DNA of 34,316 bases from Burkholderiales bacterium (GCA_041620115.1 JBFKCU010000002.1:1-34316); one strand, 5' to 3'; shown: positions 1 to 10,542, counted from the stretch's first letter. Program-made: numbers and translations. Notes: a model not told the origin generated them from the letters alone.

Positions 1-1506
1 CGCGGGTTCCTGTGCCGACACGATCTCGTCAAGCCCGGGGATTTTCAGTTCCTGTCCGATGCGCGCCCATTCGTCGCCCTCTTCACGCAGCGCGGTGGCC
101 GTCAGTGGATTGGCTTCCAGCCATGCCGGATCGAAGCTCAGGCGTATGCGCCCTGCCTGCGCTTTGATTTCCAGCGGCGGAAAACGCACGTCGCGTCGCG
201 CCCGGCACAGCAGCACGGCCAGCCGCAGTGCGAGGACGACAGGCCGGTCTTCCTCCGCCGGCGGAGCCTGCAGTGATTTTTTCAGCGACCGGCGGTGGCT
301 CAGGACCAGGGTCGCCAGGCGCTCCTGCTCTTCGCGCGAGAACCCGGGCATGTCGGCATTGCTGATGATATAGGCGGAGTGTTTGTGATAGCCGCTGTAC
401 GCCACCGGAATGCCGATTTCGTGCAGCTTCGCGGCCCATCCCAGATGTCGCAGCGTGTCGTCATCCGCGGCGCCCCCCGCCAGTTTCTCGTACAGTGTCG
501 CCGCGCAGGTGGCGACGCGACGCGCCTGTTTGGCGTCAACATGATAGCGTTGCATGAATTGGGCAACGGTGGCATCGCGCATGTCCTGATGATGAAAGCG
601 TCCCAGCATGTCGTAGAGTATGCCCTGACGCATGGCACCGGTCGCCGGGGCCAGCGTTTCGATTCTGAGTTCGTCGAGTACAGCGTGGAGTATGGCCAGG
701 CCGCCGGCGAGTACCGGCTGGCGATCCGGGCGCAGTCCCGGCAGTTCAATGCGCGCAATATCACCCGCCTTGATCAACTGGCTGCGCAGCCGTTCGAGTC
801 CGTCCAGCGTGATCGCGCCATCAGTATGTCCGGACAACTGGAGAATCTCGGCGAGTGCGCGGATGGTGCCTGATGAGCCGACGGCGTGCTGCCAGTTGCC
901 GCGCGTGTAATTGTCGACGATGGGCAGCAGTTCCGCACGCGCTGCGAGGCCGGCCTGCTTGAATGCCGATTTGGTCATCCGGCCGTCGCGGAAATAGCGC
1001 AGGCTGTATGACACGCAACCCATAAACAGGCTCTCCAGCCGCAGCGGTTTGTAACCGGTGCCGATGATGCACTCAGTGGAGCCGCCGCCGATATCGACCA
1101 CCAGGCGCTTTTCGCGTGACGCCGGCAGGCTGTGCGCGACGCCAAGGTAGATCAGCCGCGCTTCTTCGCGGCCGGCGACGACTTCAATCGGAAAACCGAG
1201 CGCCGCGCGTGCTTTTCTCAGAAAAGGCTTGGCATTCTTGGCGACGCGCAGCGTGTTGGTGCCGATCGCGCGTACCGCGTGCCGGTCGAGCCCGCGCAAA
1301 CGCTCGCCGAAACGGGCGAGGCAGGCGATGGCGCGCTCCTGCGATTCATCATCGAGTTTTTTGTCCTTGCCGAGGCCGGCACCGAGGCGTATGGGCTCGC
1401 GCAGCGAATCCAGCGGGAAGAACTGGTCGCCGGCCACGCGGGCGATCTGGCAATGGAAGGAATTGGAGCCCAGGTCTACGGCGACGATGGTGGACTGGTC
1501 CGCCAC
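1..1506 (-). CDS. ppx: exopolyphosphatase / GppA-family phosphohydrolase, C-terminus cut by the window edge
   Basis: Absent from the ORF track because it runs off the left edge. The minus-strand frame from GTG at 1506 stays open to position 1 (502 codons). It reads VADQSTIVAVDLGSNSFHCQIARV..., ...LVVDIGGGSTE..., ...GYHKHSAYIISNADMPGFSREEQERLATLVLSHRR..., i.e. the Ppx/GppA sugar-kinase-like fold plus the HD-type C-domain. Confidence 0.85.
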   Translation of the reverse strand, partial: MADQSTIVAVDLGSNSFHCQIARVAGDQFFPLDSLREPIRLGAGLGKDKKLDDESQERAIACLARFGERLRGLDRHAVRAIGTNTLRVAKNAKPFLRKARAALGFPIEVVAGREEARLIYLGVAHSLPASREKRLVVDIGGGSTECIIGTGYKPLRLESLFMGCVSYSLRYFRDGRMTKSAFKQAGLAARAELLPIVDNYTRGNWQHAVGSSGTIRALAEILQLSGHTDGAITLDGLERLRSQLIKAGDIARIELPGLRPDRQPVLAGGLAILHAVLDELRIETLAPATGAMRQGILYDMLGRFHHQDMRDATVAQFMQRYHVDAKQARRVATCAATLYEKLAGGAADDDTLRHLGWAAKLHEIGIPVAYSGYHKHSAYIISNADMPGFSREEQERLATLVLSHRRSLKKSLQAPPAEEDRPVVLALRLAVLLCRARRDVRFPPLEIKAQAGRIRLSFDPAWLEANPLTATALREEGDEWARIGQELKIPGLDEIVSAQEPA

Positions 1507-1596
1507 CTCAGGAAATCTCCGCTCGCATCACCGTCTGAATGATCTGCATGGCTTGCCCCGTGTTTCGGGTCAGAGTGTACCACGCGGTGCGGCCTG

Positions 1597-2298
1597 TCAC
1601 CCCAGCGCTTCGCGCTCCAGCGCCTCGACCCCGGTATGCCGCACGTCCTTGCCCTTGACCAGATAAACGACGTACTCGGACATGTTCTTGGCGTGGTCAC
1701 CGATGCGTTCAATCGCCTTGGCGATGAACAGGATTTCGATGGCGTGAGAAATCGTGCGCGGGTCTTCCATCATGAAGGTGATCAACTGGCGCAGGATGCC
1801 GACGAACTCTCTGTCGACCTGTTCATCCTGGCGTACAACCTTCGCGGCGACGGTGAGATCCAGCCGTGCGAACGCATCCAGCGCGTTGCGCAGCATGCCC
1901 AGCGCGATTTCTGCGACGTGCTGTATTTCCGACGCGCGCAGCACCGTCGGCCGGTCGCTGGCGTAGATCGCCTGTGTCATGCGCGCTATTTTTGCTGCTT
2001 CATCCCCGATGCGCTCCAGGTCGGTAATGGTCTTGACCACGGTCATGACCATGCGCAGATCCTTGGCCGCCGGCTGGCGCCTGGCGATGACGGTGCTGCA
2101 TTCCTCGTCGATGGCGACTTCCAGCGCGTTGACGCGATGGTCGCTTTCAATGACTTCGCGGGCGAGTTCGGCGTTGCCACTGGCCAGAGCCGCCAGTGCG
2201 CGGGTGATCTGCTCCTCGACCAGGCCGCCCATTTGAAGAACTCGCGATCGGATTTCTTCGAGTTCGGTGTCGAATTGCTTCAGCGTATGGTCAGGCAT
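1597..2298 (-). CDS. phoU: phosphate signalling complex protein PhoU
   Basis: 233-aa ORF. The N-terminus QFDTELEEIRSRVLQMGG and the duplicated ERIGD motifs (DLERIGDEA, AIERIGDHA) are typical of PhoU. Confidence 0.9.
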   Translation of the reverse strand: MPDHTLKQFDTELEEIRSRVLQMGGLVEEQITRALAALASGNAELAREVIESDHRVNALEVAIDEECSTVIARRQPAAKDLRMVMTVVKTITDLERIGDEAAKIARMTQAIYASDRPTVLRASEIQHVAEIALGMLRNALDAFARLDLTVAAKVVRQDEQVDREFVGILRQLITFMMEDPRTISHAIEILFIAKAIERIGDHAKNMSEYVVYLVKGKDVRHTGVEALEREALG

Positions 2299-2340
2299 GA
2301 TGAATATTCTCTACGGGAAAATACGGTTAATAGCAGCCAA

Positions 2341-3024
2341 TTATGACAATTTCGTGGCGCCGGGTGTGCGCCGCAGGGTTTCCACGCCGTTCTTTCCGGC
2401 CAGCAGCAGCACGTCGGCGGGGCGCCGCGCAAACAACCCGTTGGTGACGACACCGGTGATCTGGTTCAGCTGGTTCTCCAGCTTCTGCGGGTCGAGGATG
2501 GTCAGGTTGTGCACATCAAGGATCAGATTGCCGTTGTCGGTGACGAACTTGGCGCGCCATTCGGGCTGGCCGCCCAGCTTGACGATCTCGCGCGCGACGT
2601 AGGAGCGCGCCATCGGAATGACCTCTACGGGCAGGGGGAACCGGCCCAGCACGTCCACCAGTTTCGACGCGTCGGCGATGCAGATGAACTGCTGTGCCAC
2701 CGCGGCGACAATTTTTTCCCGGGTCAGGGCGCCGCCGCCGCCCTTGATCATGGTGAGATGGCGCGTGACTTCGTCGGCACCGTCGACGTAGACCGGCAGC
2801 TCACGCACGCTGTTCAGGTCGTGCACATGGATGCCGGCCGCCTTCAGTCTGGCCGCGCTTGCCTCGGAACTCGAAACCGCACCGTCGATGCGGCCTTTGA
2901 TTTTTGCCAGAGCATCAATGAAAAAATTGACCGTCGAGCCGGTGCCGACACCGACGATGCTGCCGTCTGGTACCAATGCGATCGCGGCCTCAGCGGCGGC
3001 CTGCTTCAGTGCGTCCTGGCTCAT
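2341..3024 (-). CDS. rpiA: ribose-5-phosphate isomerase A
   Basis: [39 protein letters not shown]..., [29 protein letters not shown] are colinear with E. coli RpiA. The start at 3024 has GGAG 6 nt upstream. The ORF-track start at 3102 adds an unlikely extension. Confidence 0.9.
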   Translation of the reverse strand: MSQDALKQAAAEAAIALVPDGSIVGVGTGSTVNFFIDALAKIKGRIDGAVSSSEASAARLKAAGIHVHDLNSVRELPVYVDGADEVTRHLTMIKGGGGALTREKIVAAVAQQFICIADASKLVDVLGRFPLPVEVIPMARSYVAREIVKLGGQPEWRAKFVTDNGNLILDVHNLTILDPQKLENQLNQITGVVTNGLFARRPADVLLLAGKNGVETLRRTPGATKLS

Positions 3025-3070
3025 ACTCTGCTCCATGTGGCGATGGCGATTCAATATACACGAATCAATC

Positions 3071-3101
3071 TGCCGCCGGCATCCATCGCCTGCCGGCGGC
3101 A
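3071..3101. repeat. perfect 11-bp inverted repeat (TGCCGCCGGCA-N9-TGCCGGCGGCA) in the divergent rpiA/ilvA control region
   Basis: Read directly from the sequence: 3071-3081 is the exact reverse complement of 3091-3101. Confidence 0.6.
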
Positions 3102-3165
3102 TTCCTGATAACCTTTGGGAATCAGGCGTTTGGCAGGGCAGAATGAACGGTACGGTGGAACAACA

Positions 3166-4680
3166 ATGAAAAAAACGGATTACCTGGAGCGCATCCTCAA
3201 TGCGCGTGTTTATGACGTGGCCGTCGAGACGCCGCTGGAACTGGCACCGAATCTGACGCGACGCTTGCGCAACCGCATCCTGCTCAAGCGCGAAGACATG
3301 CAGCCCGTGTTTTCATTCAAGCTGCGCGGCGCATACAACAAGATGGCGCACCTGTCGGCGGAAGCGCTGCGCCGCGGCGTGATCGCGGCTTCGGCGGGCA
3401 ATCACGCACAGGGTGTGGCGCTGGCCGCCCAGCGCCTGCGTTGCACGGCGACCATCGTCATGCCCGTCACCACGCCGGACATCAAGGTGGACGCGGTGCG
3501 TGCACGGGGCGCCAGGGTGGTGCTGCACGGCGACTCCTATGACGAAGCATCGGCCTACGCACACCAGCTCGAGCGACGCGGCAAGCTGACCTATGTACAC
3601 CCCTACGACGACCCGGATGTGATTGCCGGGCAGGGCACGATTGCGATGGAAATCCTGCGCCAGCACCCCGAGCCGATCGATGCGATTTTTGTCGCGATCG
3701 GCGGCGGGGGCCTGATCGCCGGCATCGCCGCTTATGTCAAACGCCTGCGGCCCGAGATCAAGATTATCGGCGTGGAGCCCATCGATGCCGATGCCATGTA
3801 CCAGTCGCTGAAAGCGGGCCGACGGGTCAAACTTGCACAGGTCGGGCTGTTTGCCGACGGCGTCGCGGTGAAGCAGGTCGGCCGCGAGACCTTCCGCCTG
3901 TGCCGTACGCTGGTCGACGAAATCATCCGTGTCGATACCGATGCGATGTGCGCGGCGATCAAGGACGTGTTCGAGGATACGCGCGCCATTCTCGAGCCCG
4001 CCGGGGCGCTGGCGATTGCCGGTGCCAAGGTCTGGGCCGGCCGCAAGAAGGTGCGTGGGGCGACTCTGGTGGCCGTTGCCTGCGGCGCCAATATGAACTT
4101 TGACCGGCTCCGGTTTGTCGCAGAAGAGGCGGAGTTGGGTGAAAACCGCGAGGCGGTGCTCGCGGTGACGATTCCGGAGAAACCCGGCAGTTTCAAGGCG
4201 TTTTGCGAAATGCTGGGCCCGCGCAACGTAACGGAGTTCAATTATCGCTATGACGATGCCAAACAGGCGCGGGTGTTTGTCGGGGTGCAGGTGAGGGACC
4301 GCAAGGAAACGGCGCAACTGGTGCGCATGCTGCGGCGGCACGGGCTGCAGACGCTGGATCTGAGCAGCAATGAACTGGCGAAACTGCATGTGCGCCACAT
4401 GGTCGGCGGGCATGCGCCGGGCGCGAAGAACGAGATCCTCTATCGTTTCGAGTTTCCGGAACGGCCCGGTGCGCTGGTGCGTTTCCTCACCAGCATGAGC
4501 CGTGGCTGGAACATCAGTCTGTTTCATTACCGCAACCATGGCGCCGATTACGGCAGGGTGCTGGTCGGCATGGAAGTGCCGCGGGCCGACAAGGCCAAGT
4601 TCCGCAGGTTTCTGGCGCAGGTGGGTTATCCCTGGTGTGACGAGACCCGTAACCCGGCTTACCGCTTGTTTCTTGCTTAA
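3166..4680 (+). CDS. ilvA: biosynthetic threonine ammonia-lyase (threonine dehydratase)
   Basis: [18 protein letters not shown]..., PLP-lysine motif [18 protein letters not shown] loop, and a C-terminal duplicated regulatory domain. GGTGGA lies 6 nt upstream of the ATG at 3166. Confidence 0.9.
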   Translation: MKKTDYLERILNARVYDVAVETPLELAPNLTRRLRNRILLKREDMQPVFSFKLRGAYNKMAHLSAEALRRGVIAASAGNHAQGVALAAQRLRCTATIVMPVTTPDIKVDAVRARGARVVLHGDSYDEASAYAHQLERRGKLTYVHPYDDPDVIAGQGTIAMEILRQHPEPIDAIFVAIGGGGLIAGIAAYVKRLRPEIKIIGVEPIDADAMYQSLKAGRRVKLAQVGLFADGVAVKQVGRETFRLCRTLVDEIIRVDTDAMCAAIKDVFEDTRAILEPAGALAIAGAKVWAGRKKVRGATLVAVACGANMNFDRLRFVAEEAELGENREAVLAVTIPEKPGSFKAFCEMLGPRNVTEFNYRYDDAKQARVFVGVQVRDRKETAQLVRMLRRHGLQTLDLSSNELAKLHVRHMVGGHAPGAKNEILYRFEFPERPGALVRFLTSMSRGWNISLFHYRNHGADYGRVLVGMEVPRADKAKFRRFLAQVGYPWCDETRNPAYRLFLA

Positions 4681-4694
4681 AATACGATTATAAT
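4666..4694 (+). promoter_or_regulatory. candidate sigma70 promoter for slt (TTGTTT-17 nt-TATAAT)
   Basis: -35 TTGTTT at 4666-4671, a 17-nt spacer, and a perfect -10 TATAAT at 4689-4694, about 55 nt upstream of the slt ATG. Confidence 0.35.
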
Positions 4695-4747
4695 CAATAA
4701 CTTATGGCAATACTTTTGAGCTTGACTGACATCCTCGGTGTGGCGTC

Positions 4748-6688
4748 ATGGCGTTGAGAATCGCCTGTGTGCGCCTGATTGCGGCTGCGATGTGCAGCCT
4801 CAGCGTCGCATCGGCGGGTGCCGCGAGTCTCGACGATGCGTTCCTGGCGGCGCGTGATGCCGCGCGTACCGGCGACAGCAGGAAGCTCGAACAGCTTGCA
4901 CCGCGCTTCCAGGGGCACCTGCTTGAACCTTACGTGCAGTACTGGGCGCTGCAGGCGCGACTGGAGTCGCGTGCACCCGAAGAAATCCGCGCCTGGCTCG
5001 CCGCCAACCGCGACACGCCGTTGTCGGACTATCTGCGCCGGGACTGGCTGAAACTGCTGGGCAAGAGCGGCGAGTGGGAAGTGTTCAGCGTGGAACTGCC
5101 GGCGCTGGTCAACGACGACCTGGAGTTGACCTGTTACGCGTTGCAGGCGCGGGTTCGCAATGACAGTTTGGCGCTGCGCGAGGCGCGGCCACTGTGGTTC
5201 GTTGCGCGCGACCTGCCGTCGAGTTGTGACCCGCTGTTCGATGCGCTGGTGCGATCGCGGCAGTTGTCCACTGAGGATATTTGGGTGCGCGTCCGCCTTG
5301 CGCTGGAAGCGGGACAGGTCAGGCTGGCCAACGCCGTGGCCGCGCATCTGCCCAAAGGGCAGGCGCCGGACGCCCGCGCGCTGTCGGCGATATATGGAAA
5401 CCCCGCAGGGTATTTGAATAATGCCGGCGCTGATCTGAAATCGCGTGGCGGACGGGAAGCCATGATGTTCGCAGCCTACCGGCTGGCGCGCTCGTCGCCG
5501 CAACAGGCGGCGGCGCACTGGACCAGGCTGGCGCCGCGGTTTTCCGAGGAGGAGCGCGCGTACGTCTGGGGCATGCTGGGTTATTTCGGCGCCATGCGCC
5601 ATGATCCCGCAGCGCTGGACTGGTTCGCACAGGCGGAAGGCATGAGCGACCAGCAGCTTGCCTGGCAGGTGCGCGCCGCGCTGCGCGCCCGGCGCTGGAA
5701 CGAGGTGCTTGCGGCGATTGATGCGATGACGCCGAAGGAGGCGAATGACCCGGCGTGGCGGTACTGGAAATCGCGTGCGCTGAAAGCGGCGGGTCGCGAC
5801 GCTGATGCCGTGGCCCTGCTCAAACCGCTGGCGGCGGATTTCAGTTTCTATGGCCAACTGGCGCTCGAAGATCTGGGCGGAACGGTGCAATCACCGACGA
5901 CCGCGTACAAGCCAACGGAAGAAGACCTGCGCAAAATCACCGCGCGCGCCGGCATCCAGCGCGCACTGGCCCTGTTCCGGCTGGACGCGCGCCTGGAGGG
6001 CGTGCGTGAATGGCTGTGGGCAATCCGCGGTTTTGATGACCGCCAGTTGCTGGCGGCGGCGGAGGTTGCACGGCGCAACGCGATTTATGACCGTGCAATC
6101 AACACTGCGGATCGCACGGTGTTCGAACATGATTTCGGTTTGCGTTACCTTGCGCCATACCGCGACCAGTTGCGCGCTGCCGCGAGACAGCTCGATCTCG
6201 ACGAAGCCTGGGTCAACGGGTTGATCCGGCAGGAAAGCCGGTTCATCGCGCGGATCAAGTCGCACGCCGGGGCCAGCGGCCTGATGCAACTGATGCCGGC
6301 CACCGCGCGCTGGGTCGCGGGCAAGATCGGCCTCAAGGACTGGCATTGGTCGCAGGTCAACGAGGTGGAAACCAACATCAGCCTCGGCACGTATTACCTG
6401 CGGCATGTCCTCGATACGCTGGACGGCAGCCCGGTGCTGGCCTCCGCCGCCTATAACGCCGGACCGGGCCGTGCCCGCGGCTGGCGCGACGACCGGGGCA
6501 TGGAAGCCGCCATCTACGCGGAGAGCATTCCGTTCAATGAAACCCGCGATTACGTCAAGAAAGTTATGGCCAACGCCAGCTATTACGCCCATAACTTCAG
6601 TCAGCAGACGCAGTCACTGAAAGCGCGTATCGGGGTGATCGAACCGCGAGCCCGCGACCGCGAAAAAGCGCTCGGAGATACACCCTAA
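4748..6688 (+). CDS. slt: soluble lytic murein transglycosylase (Slt70-like)
   Basis: 646 aa with a signal peptide (MALRIACVRLIAAAMCSLSVASAGAAS), a long helical superhelix region, and the C-terminal SLT catalytic motif QESRFIARIKSHAGASGLMQLMPATA ... AYNAGPGR. Confidence 0.85.
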   Translation: MALRIACVRLIAAAMCSLSVASAGAASLDDAFLAARDAARTGDSRKLEQLAPRFQGHLLEPYVQYWALQARLESRAPEEIRAWLAANRDTPLSDYLRRDWLKLLGKSGEWEVFSVELPALVNDDLELTCYALQARVRNDSLALREARPLWFVARDLPSSCDPLFDALVRSRQLSTEDIWVRVRLALEAGQVRLANAVAAHLPKGQAPDARALSAIYGNPAGYLNNAGADLKSRGGREAMMFAAYRLARSSPQQAAAHWTRLAPRFSEEERAYVWGMLGYFGAMRHDPAALDWFAQAEGMSDQQLAWQVRAALRARRWNEVLAAIDAMTPKEANDPAWRYWKSRALKAAGRDADAVALLKPLAADFSFYGQLALEDLGGTVQSPTTAYKPTEEDLRKITARAGIQRALALFRLDARLEGVREWLWAIRGFDDRQLLAAAEVARRNAIYDRAINTADRTVFEHDFGLRYLAPYRDQLRAAARQLDLDEAWVNGLIRQESRFIARIKSHAGASGLMQLMPATARWVAGKIGLKDWHWSQVNEVETNISLGTYYLRHVLDTLDGSPVLASAAYNAGPGRARGWRDDRGMEAAIYAESIPFNETRDYVKKVMANASYYAHNFSQQTQSLKARIGVIEPRARDREKALGDTP

Positions 6689-6767
6689 CCTCAGCGGCGG
6701 CGATGCCGTCGCCGGCCGTGGTGAGCGGGGGCGCGAAGGGTAGAATACACCGCTACCACTCACCAAC

Positions 6768-7721
6768 ATGCAACGTATCAACATGCAATTCATCACTATC
6801 TGCGTCATTGGCGGATCCGGTTTCGTCGGAAGGCACGTCTGTCAGCAACTGGCCGCGCGCGGTTATCGCGTACGCGTGCCCACGCGCGACCGCGAGCGGG
6901 CGAAGCCGCTGTTTCTGCTCCCCACCGTGGATGTCGTGACTGCCGATGTGCATGATCCCGCTGCGCTCGCTGCGGTGATCAGGGGCTGCGATGCGGTGAT
7001 CAATCTGGTCGGTGTGCTGCATGATGCCCGCGGTTCGCGCGGATTTGAGGCCGCGCACATTGATCTCGCCCGCCGGGTGGTCGCCGCCTGCAAGGCCAAC
7101 AAGGTCAGGCGCCTGCTGCACATGAGCGCGCTGGCGGCGGCATCCGACGCCCCCAGCCAGTATTTGCGCAGCAAGGGCGTGGCTGAGCGCATCGTTCAGG
7201 AATCCGGCCTCGATTTCACGATCTTTCGACCGTCGGTGATTTTCGGTCCCGAGGACAGTTTTCTCAACCTCTTTGCCGGTCTGGCGAAGATGCTGCCGGT
7301 ACTGGCGCTGGCCAGCCCGAATGCGCGCTTTCAGCCGGTGTTCGTCGAGGATGTAGCGGCCGCGTTCGTGCATGCGCTGACCGATATCGGCAGCCTGGGC
7401 CGCTCTTATGAGCTGTGCGGGCCGAAACGCTACACGCTGCGTGAACTGGTCACTTACGTGGCCAAAGTCACAGGTAACCAGCGACCCGTGATCGGGTTGA
7501 GTCGCACATTGTCGTACGTCCAGGCGTATGCCATGGAACTGTTGCCGGTCAAACTGATGACGCGCGACAACCTGCGCTCCATGGAGGTCGATAGCGTATG
7601 CGACTGCGCCTTTCCGTTCGGCATCAGGCCGCAGTCGCTGGAAGCCGTGGCACCGACGTGGCTGGCGGTGCAAACGCCACGGGCACGCTATCAGCGTTTT
7701 CGCGATACCGCAGGCCGTTGA
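6768..7721 (+). CDS. NAD(P)-binding SDR-family protein, complex I NDUFA9-like / NAD-dependent epimerase family
   Basis: Rossmann N-terminus ICVIGGSGFVGRHVCQQLAARGYRVRVPTR and about 315 aa in length. An alternative ATG lies at 6783; a 10-bp direct repeat CAACATGCAA carries both ATGs. Confidence 0.7.
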   Translation: MQRINMQFITICVIGGSGFVGRHVCQQLAARGYRVRVPTRDRERAKPLFLLPTVDVVTADVHDPAALAAVIRGCDAVINLVGVLHDARGSRGFEAAHIDLARRVVAACKANKVRRLLHMSALAAASDAPSQYLRSKGVAERIVQESGLDFTIFRPSVIFGPEDSFLNLFAGLAKMLPVLALASPNARFQPVFVEDVAAAFVHALTDIGSLGRSYELCGPKRYTLRELVTYVAKVTGNQRPVIGLSRTLSYVQAYAMELLPVKLMTRDNLRSMEVDSVCDCAFPFGIRPQSLEAVAPTWLAVQTPRARYQRFRDTAGR

Positions 7722-7762
7722 GACGAGTCCGCCCCGGCGGCAGCACACGGGCAGAAAAAACC

Positions 7763-8887
7763 ATGCAGACTTACGTCGTTGGTGGTGCCGTGCGTGATGA
7801 GATGCTTGGCCTGCCGGTGCAGGACCGTGATTACGTGGTCGTCGGCGCGTCGCCCGAAGAAATGGTCAAGAGCGGCTTCCGGCCGGTAGGCCGCGATTTT
7901 CCGGTATTCCTGCATCCACAGACGCATGAGGAATACGCGCTGGCGCGCACCGAGCGCAAGACTGCGCCGGGTTATCACGGATTCACTTTTCACGCTGCAC
8001 CGGATGTCACGCTGGAGCAGGATTTGCAGCGTCGCGACCTGACCATCAATGCCATGGCGCGCGACGAAGCCGGACGATTGATCGATCCGCATCACGGTGC
8101 CGACGATCTCAGTCGCGGCGTGTTGCGCCACGTCAGCCCGGCGTTTGCCGAGGATCCGGTGCGCATCCTGCGCGTTGCACGTTTTGCTGCACGCTTCGGT
8201 TTTACGGTGGCTCCGGAAACACAGGCGCTGATGGTGCAGATGGTGCAGGCTGGCGAAGCGGACGCACTGGTGGCCGAACGCGTCTGGCAGGAGCTGGCCA
8301 AGGGTCTGATGGAGCGCACGCCGTCTACGCTGTTCACCGTATTGCGCGAGTGCGGTGCGCTGGCGCGGGTGCTGCCGCAGATCGATGCGCTGTACGATCA
8401 GGGCGGGGCGGACGACGCGCTGGCAGCGCTGGACGCGGCCGCAGATCAGCAGGCCGGGCTGGATGCGCGGTTTGCCGCGCTGACGCGCACACTCGAGCCG
8501 GAGGCCGTCGAAGCGTTATGTGTAAAGTTGAAGGCGCCTGCTGCCTGTCGCGATCTCGCGCTGCTGGCGTCGCGCCACGCCAATGCCATTGCCGATGCCG
8601 TCAGCCTGGATGCTGGAGAACTGATGAGCCTGTTTGAAGGCGTGGACGCATGGCGGCGGCCGGAACGGGTGACGGCACTGGTGCACGCCGCGCTGGCAGG
8701 TATCGCTGACGGCGATGCCGTGCGGCGGTTCCTGCGCGGCGCGCATGAGGCGGTGCTGGCAGTGAACGCCGGCGCCATCGCAAAAAAATTTGAGGCTGCG
8801 GACGACATCAAGGCGGCGGTTGCGCAGGCGCGGCTGGATGCGCTGCGCGATTATTTGAAAAATGAATTGCACCAGAACAACAAATGA
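7763..8887 (+). CDS. cca: tRNA CCA-adding nucleotidyltransferase (class II), HD motifs not apparent
   Basis: MQTYVVGGAVRDEMLGLPVQDRDYVVVG..., RDFPVFLHP, YALARTERK, RRDLTINAMA. Start placed at ATG 7763, since the ORF-track start at 7598 overlaps the previous gene. Confidence 0.85.
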   Translation: MQTYVVGGAVRDEMLGLPVQDRDYVVVGASPEEMVKSGFRPVGRDFPVFLHPQTHEEYALARTERKTAPGYHGFTFHAAPDVTLEQDLQRRDLTINAMARDEAGRLIDPHHGADDLSRGVLRHVSPAFAEDPVRILRVARFAARFGFTVAPETQALMVQMVQAGEADALVAERVWQELAKGLMERTPSTLFTVLRECGALARVLPQIDALYDQGGADDALAALDAAADQQAGLDARFAALTRTLEPEAVEALCVKLKAPAACRDLALLASRHANAIADAVSLDAGELMSLFEGVDAWRRPERVTALVHAALAGIADGDAVRRFLRGAHEAVLAVNAGAIAKKFEAADDIKAAVAQARLDALRDYLKNELHQNNK

Positions 8888-8901
8888 CAGAAGGAGAGGC
8901 A

Positions 8902-9525
8902 ATGATTGATTTTTATACGTGGACCACGCCCAATGGCCGCAAGGTTTCCATCATGCTCGAAGAGTGCGGGCTGCCGTACCGGCCGCACGCCGTCAACATC
9001 GGCAAGGGCGAGCAGTTTGCACCTGAATTTATCGCCATCAACCCCAACAGCAAGATACCGGCGATCGTTGATCCTGATGGTCCGGACGGCAAGCCGATTT
9101 CATTGATGGAGTCAGGTGCGATCCTGGTGTACCTGGCCGGCAAGACCGGGAAGTTTTTGCCGCAGGCGGTGCGCGGCCGCTACGACGCGTTGCAGTGGCT
9201 GATGTTCCAGATGGGCGGCGTCGGGCCGACGTTCGGGCAGGTGCACCATTTCCTGCGGGCGGCGAAGGAGCCGGTGCCGTACGCCATCGAACGTTATGTC
9301 AACGAGACACGGCGACTCTACGGGGTGCTCGACAAGCAACTCGCGGGGCACGAATGGCTGGCGGGTGGCGAGTACACCATCGCGGACATGTCGACCTACC
9401 CATGGGTTGCGCGTTACGAATGGCACAAGACCGACCTGAATGATTTCCCCAGCGTCAAGCGCTGGTTCGACAGGATCTCGGCGCGACCGGCGGTGCAACG
9501 CGGAATGGCGGTGCCGAAAGTGTGA
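8902..9525 (+). CDS. glutathione S-transferase family protein (YfcG/Nu-class-like)
   Basis: MIDFYTWTTPNGRKVSIMLEECGLPY..., INPNSKIPAIVD, ESGAILVYLA. A strong AAGGAGAGG lies upstream of the ATG at 8902. Confidence 0.8.
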   Translation: MIDFYTWTTPNGRKVSIMLEECGLPYRPHAVNIGKGEQFAPEFIAINPNSKIPAIVDPDGPDGKPISLMESGAILVYLAGKTGKFLPQAVRGRYDALQWLMFQMGGVGPTFGQVHHFLRAAKEPVPYAIERYVNETRRLYGVLDKQLAGHEWLAGGEYTIADMSTYPWVARYEWHKTDLNDFPSVKRWFDRISARPAVQRGMAVPKV

Positions 9526-9549
9526 TCGCCCGGTCGCGCCGGCGGCGTT

Positions 9550-10542
9550 TCAGCTGCCGGGCGGCGATTGCGGGACGAGTACAGCGGCACCATTGAAGCG
9601 GCCGCTGCGCAGATCGTCGAGTGCGGTGTTGGCCTGATCAAGCGCGTAGGGCACCACCGACATCTGCAACGGCACCTGAGCGGCCAGCGCCATGAACGCC
9701 ACCCCGTCCGCACGCGTCAGGTTGGCCACCGATTTGACGCTGCGCTCGCCCCACAGGATGGCGTAGGGAAACCCGGGGATGTCACTCATGTGGATGCCGG
9801 CGCAAACGACGGCACCGCCCTTGCGTACTGCGCGCAAGGCACGCGGGATCAGCGCACCCACTGGCGCGAATATGATTGCGGCGTCGAGCGATTCCGGCGC
9901 CGTCGCGTCGGAATCGCCGGCCCATACGGCGCCCAGGCTGCGCGCAAACTGCTGGCTTTCGACATCACCGGGGCGGCTGTACGTATAAATGGCCCGGCCC
10001 TGATGGTGTGCGATCTGGGCGACGATGTGCGCTGCTGCACCGAAGCCGTATATGCCCAGGCGTTGTGCGTCCCCGGCCATGACCAGTGCACGGTAACCGA
10101 TCAGTCCGGCGCAGAGCAGAGGTGCAGCGTGAACGTCATCATAGGCGTCCGGAATTGCGAAACAATAACGCTGGCCAGCGATCGTGTACTCGGCATAACC
10201 GCCGTCGATGTGATAACCGGTGAACCGCGCCTCATCGCACAGGTTCTCGCGGCCGCCGCGGCAATGCGCGCAGGCGCCGCATACCTGCCCCAGCCAGGGT
10301 ACGCCGACCCGGTCGCCGACGGCGAACTGCTCGACTGCGGCGCCTTTTGCAACGACGCGACCGACAATCTCGTGTCCCGGAATCAGCGGCAGCTTTGCCT
10401 CGGCCAGTTCGCCGTCAACGATATGCAGATCGGTGCGGCAAACGCCGCACGCGAGTACTTTGATCAGCAGCTGATGCGCGGCGGGTTCCCGGCGCGGCAG
10501 TTCGGCCAGCCGCAGCGCGGTGCGCGGCGCCGCCAGCACCAT
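9550..10542 (-). CDS. zinc-dependent alcohol dehydrogenase family protein
   Basis: CGVCRTDLH, GHEIVGRV, the structural-zinc cluster CGACAHCRGGRENLC, and the GFGAAAH dinucleotide fold. Start taken at ATG 10542; the 487-aa track ORF is an Arg/Pro-rich overextension across the upstream gene. Confidence 0.8.
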   Translation of the reverse strand: MVLAAPRTALRLAELPRREPAAHQLLIKVLACGVCRTDLHIVDGELAEAKLPLIPGHEIVGRVVAKGAAVEQFAVGDRVGVPWLGQVCGACAHCRGGRENLCDEARFTGYHIDGGYAEYTIAGQRYCFAIPDAYDDVHAAPLLCAGLIGYRALVMAGDAQRLGIYGFGAAAHIVAQIAHHQGRAIYTYSRPGDVESQQFARSLGAVWAGDSDATAPESLDAAIIFAPVGALIPRALRAVRKGGAVVCAGIHMSDIPGFPYAILWGERSVKSVANLTRADGVAFMALAAQVPLQMSVVPYALDQANTALDDLRSGRFNGAAVLVPQSPPGS

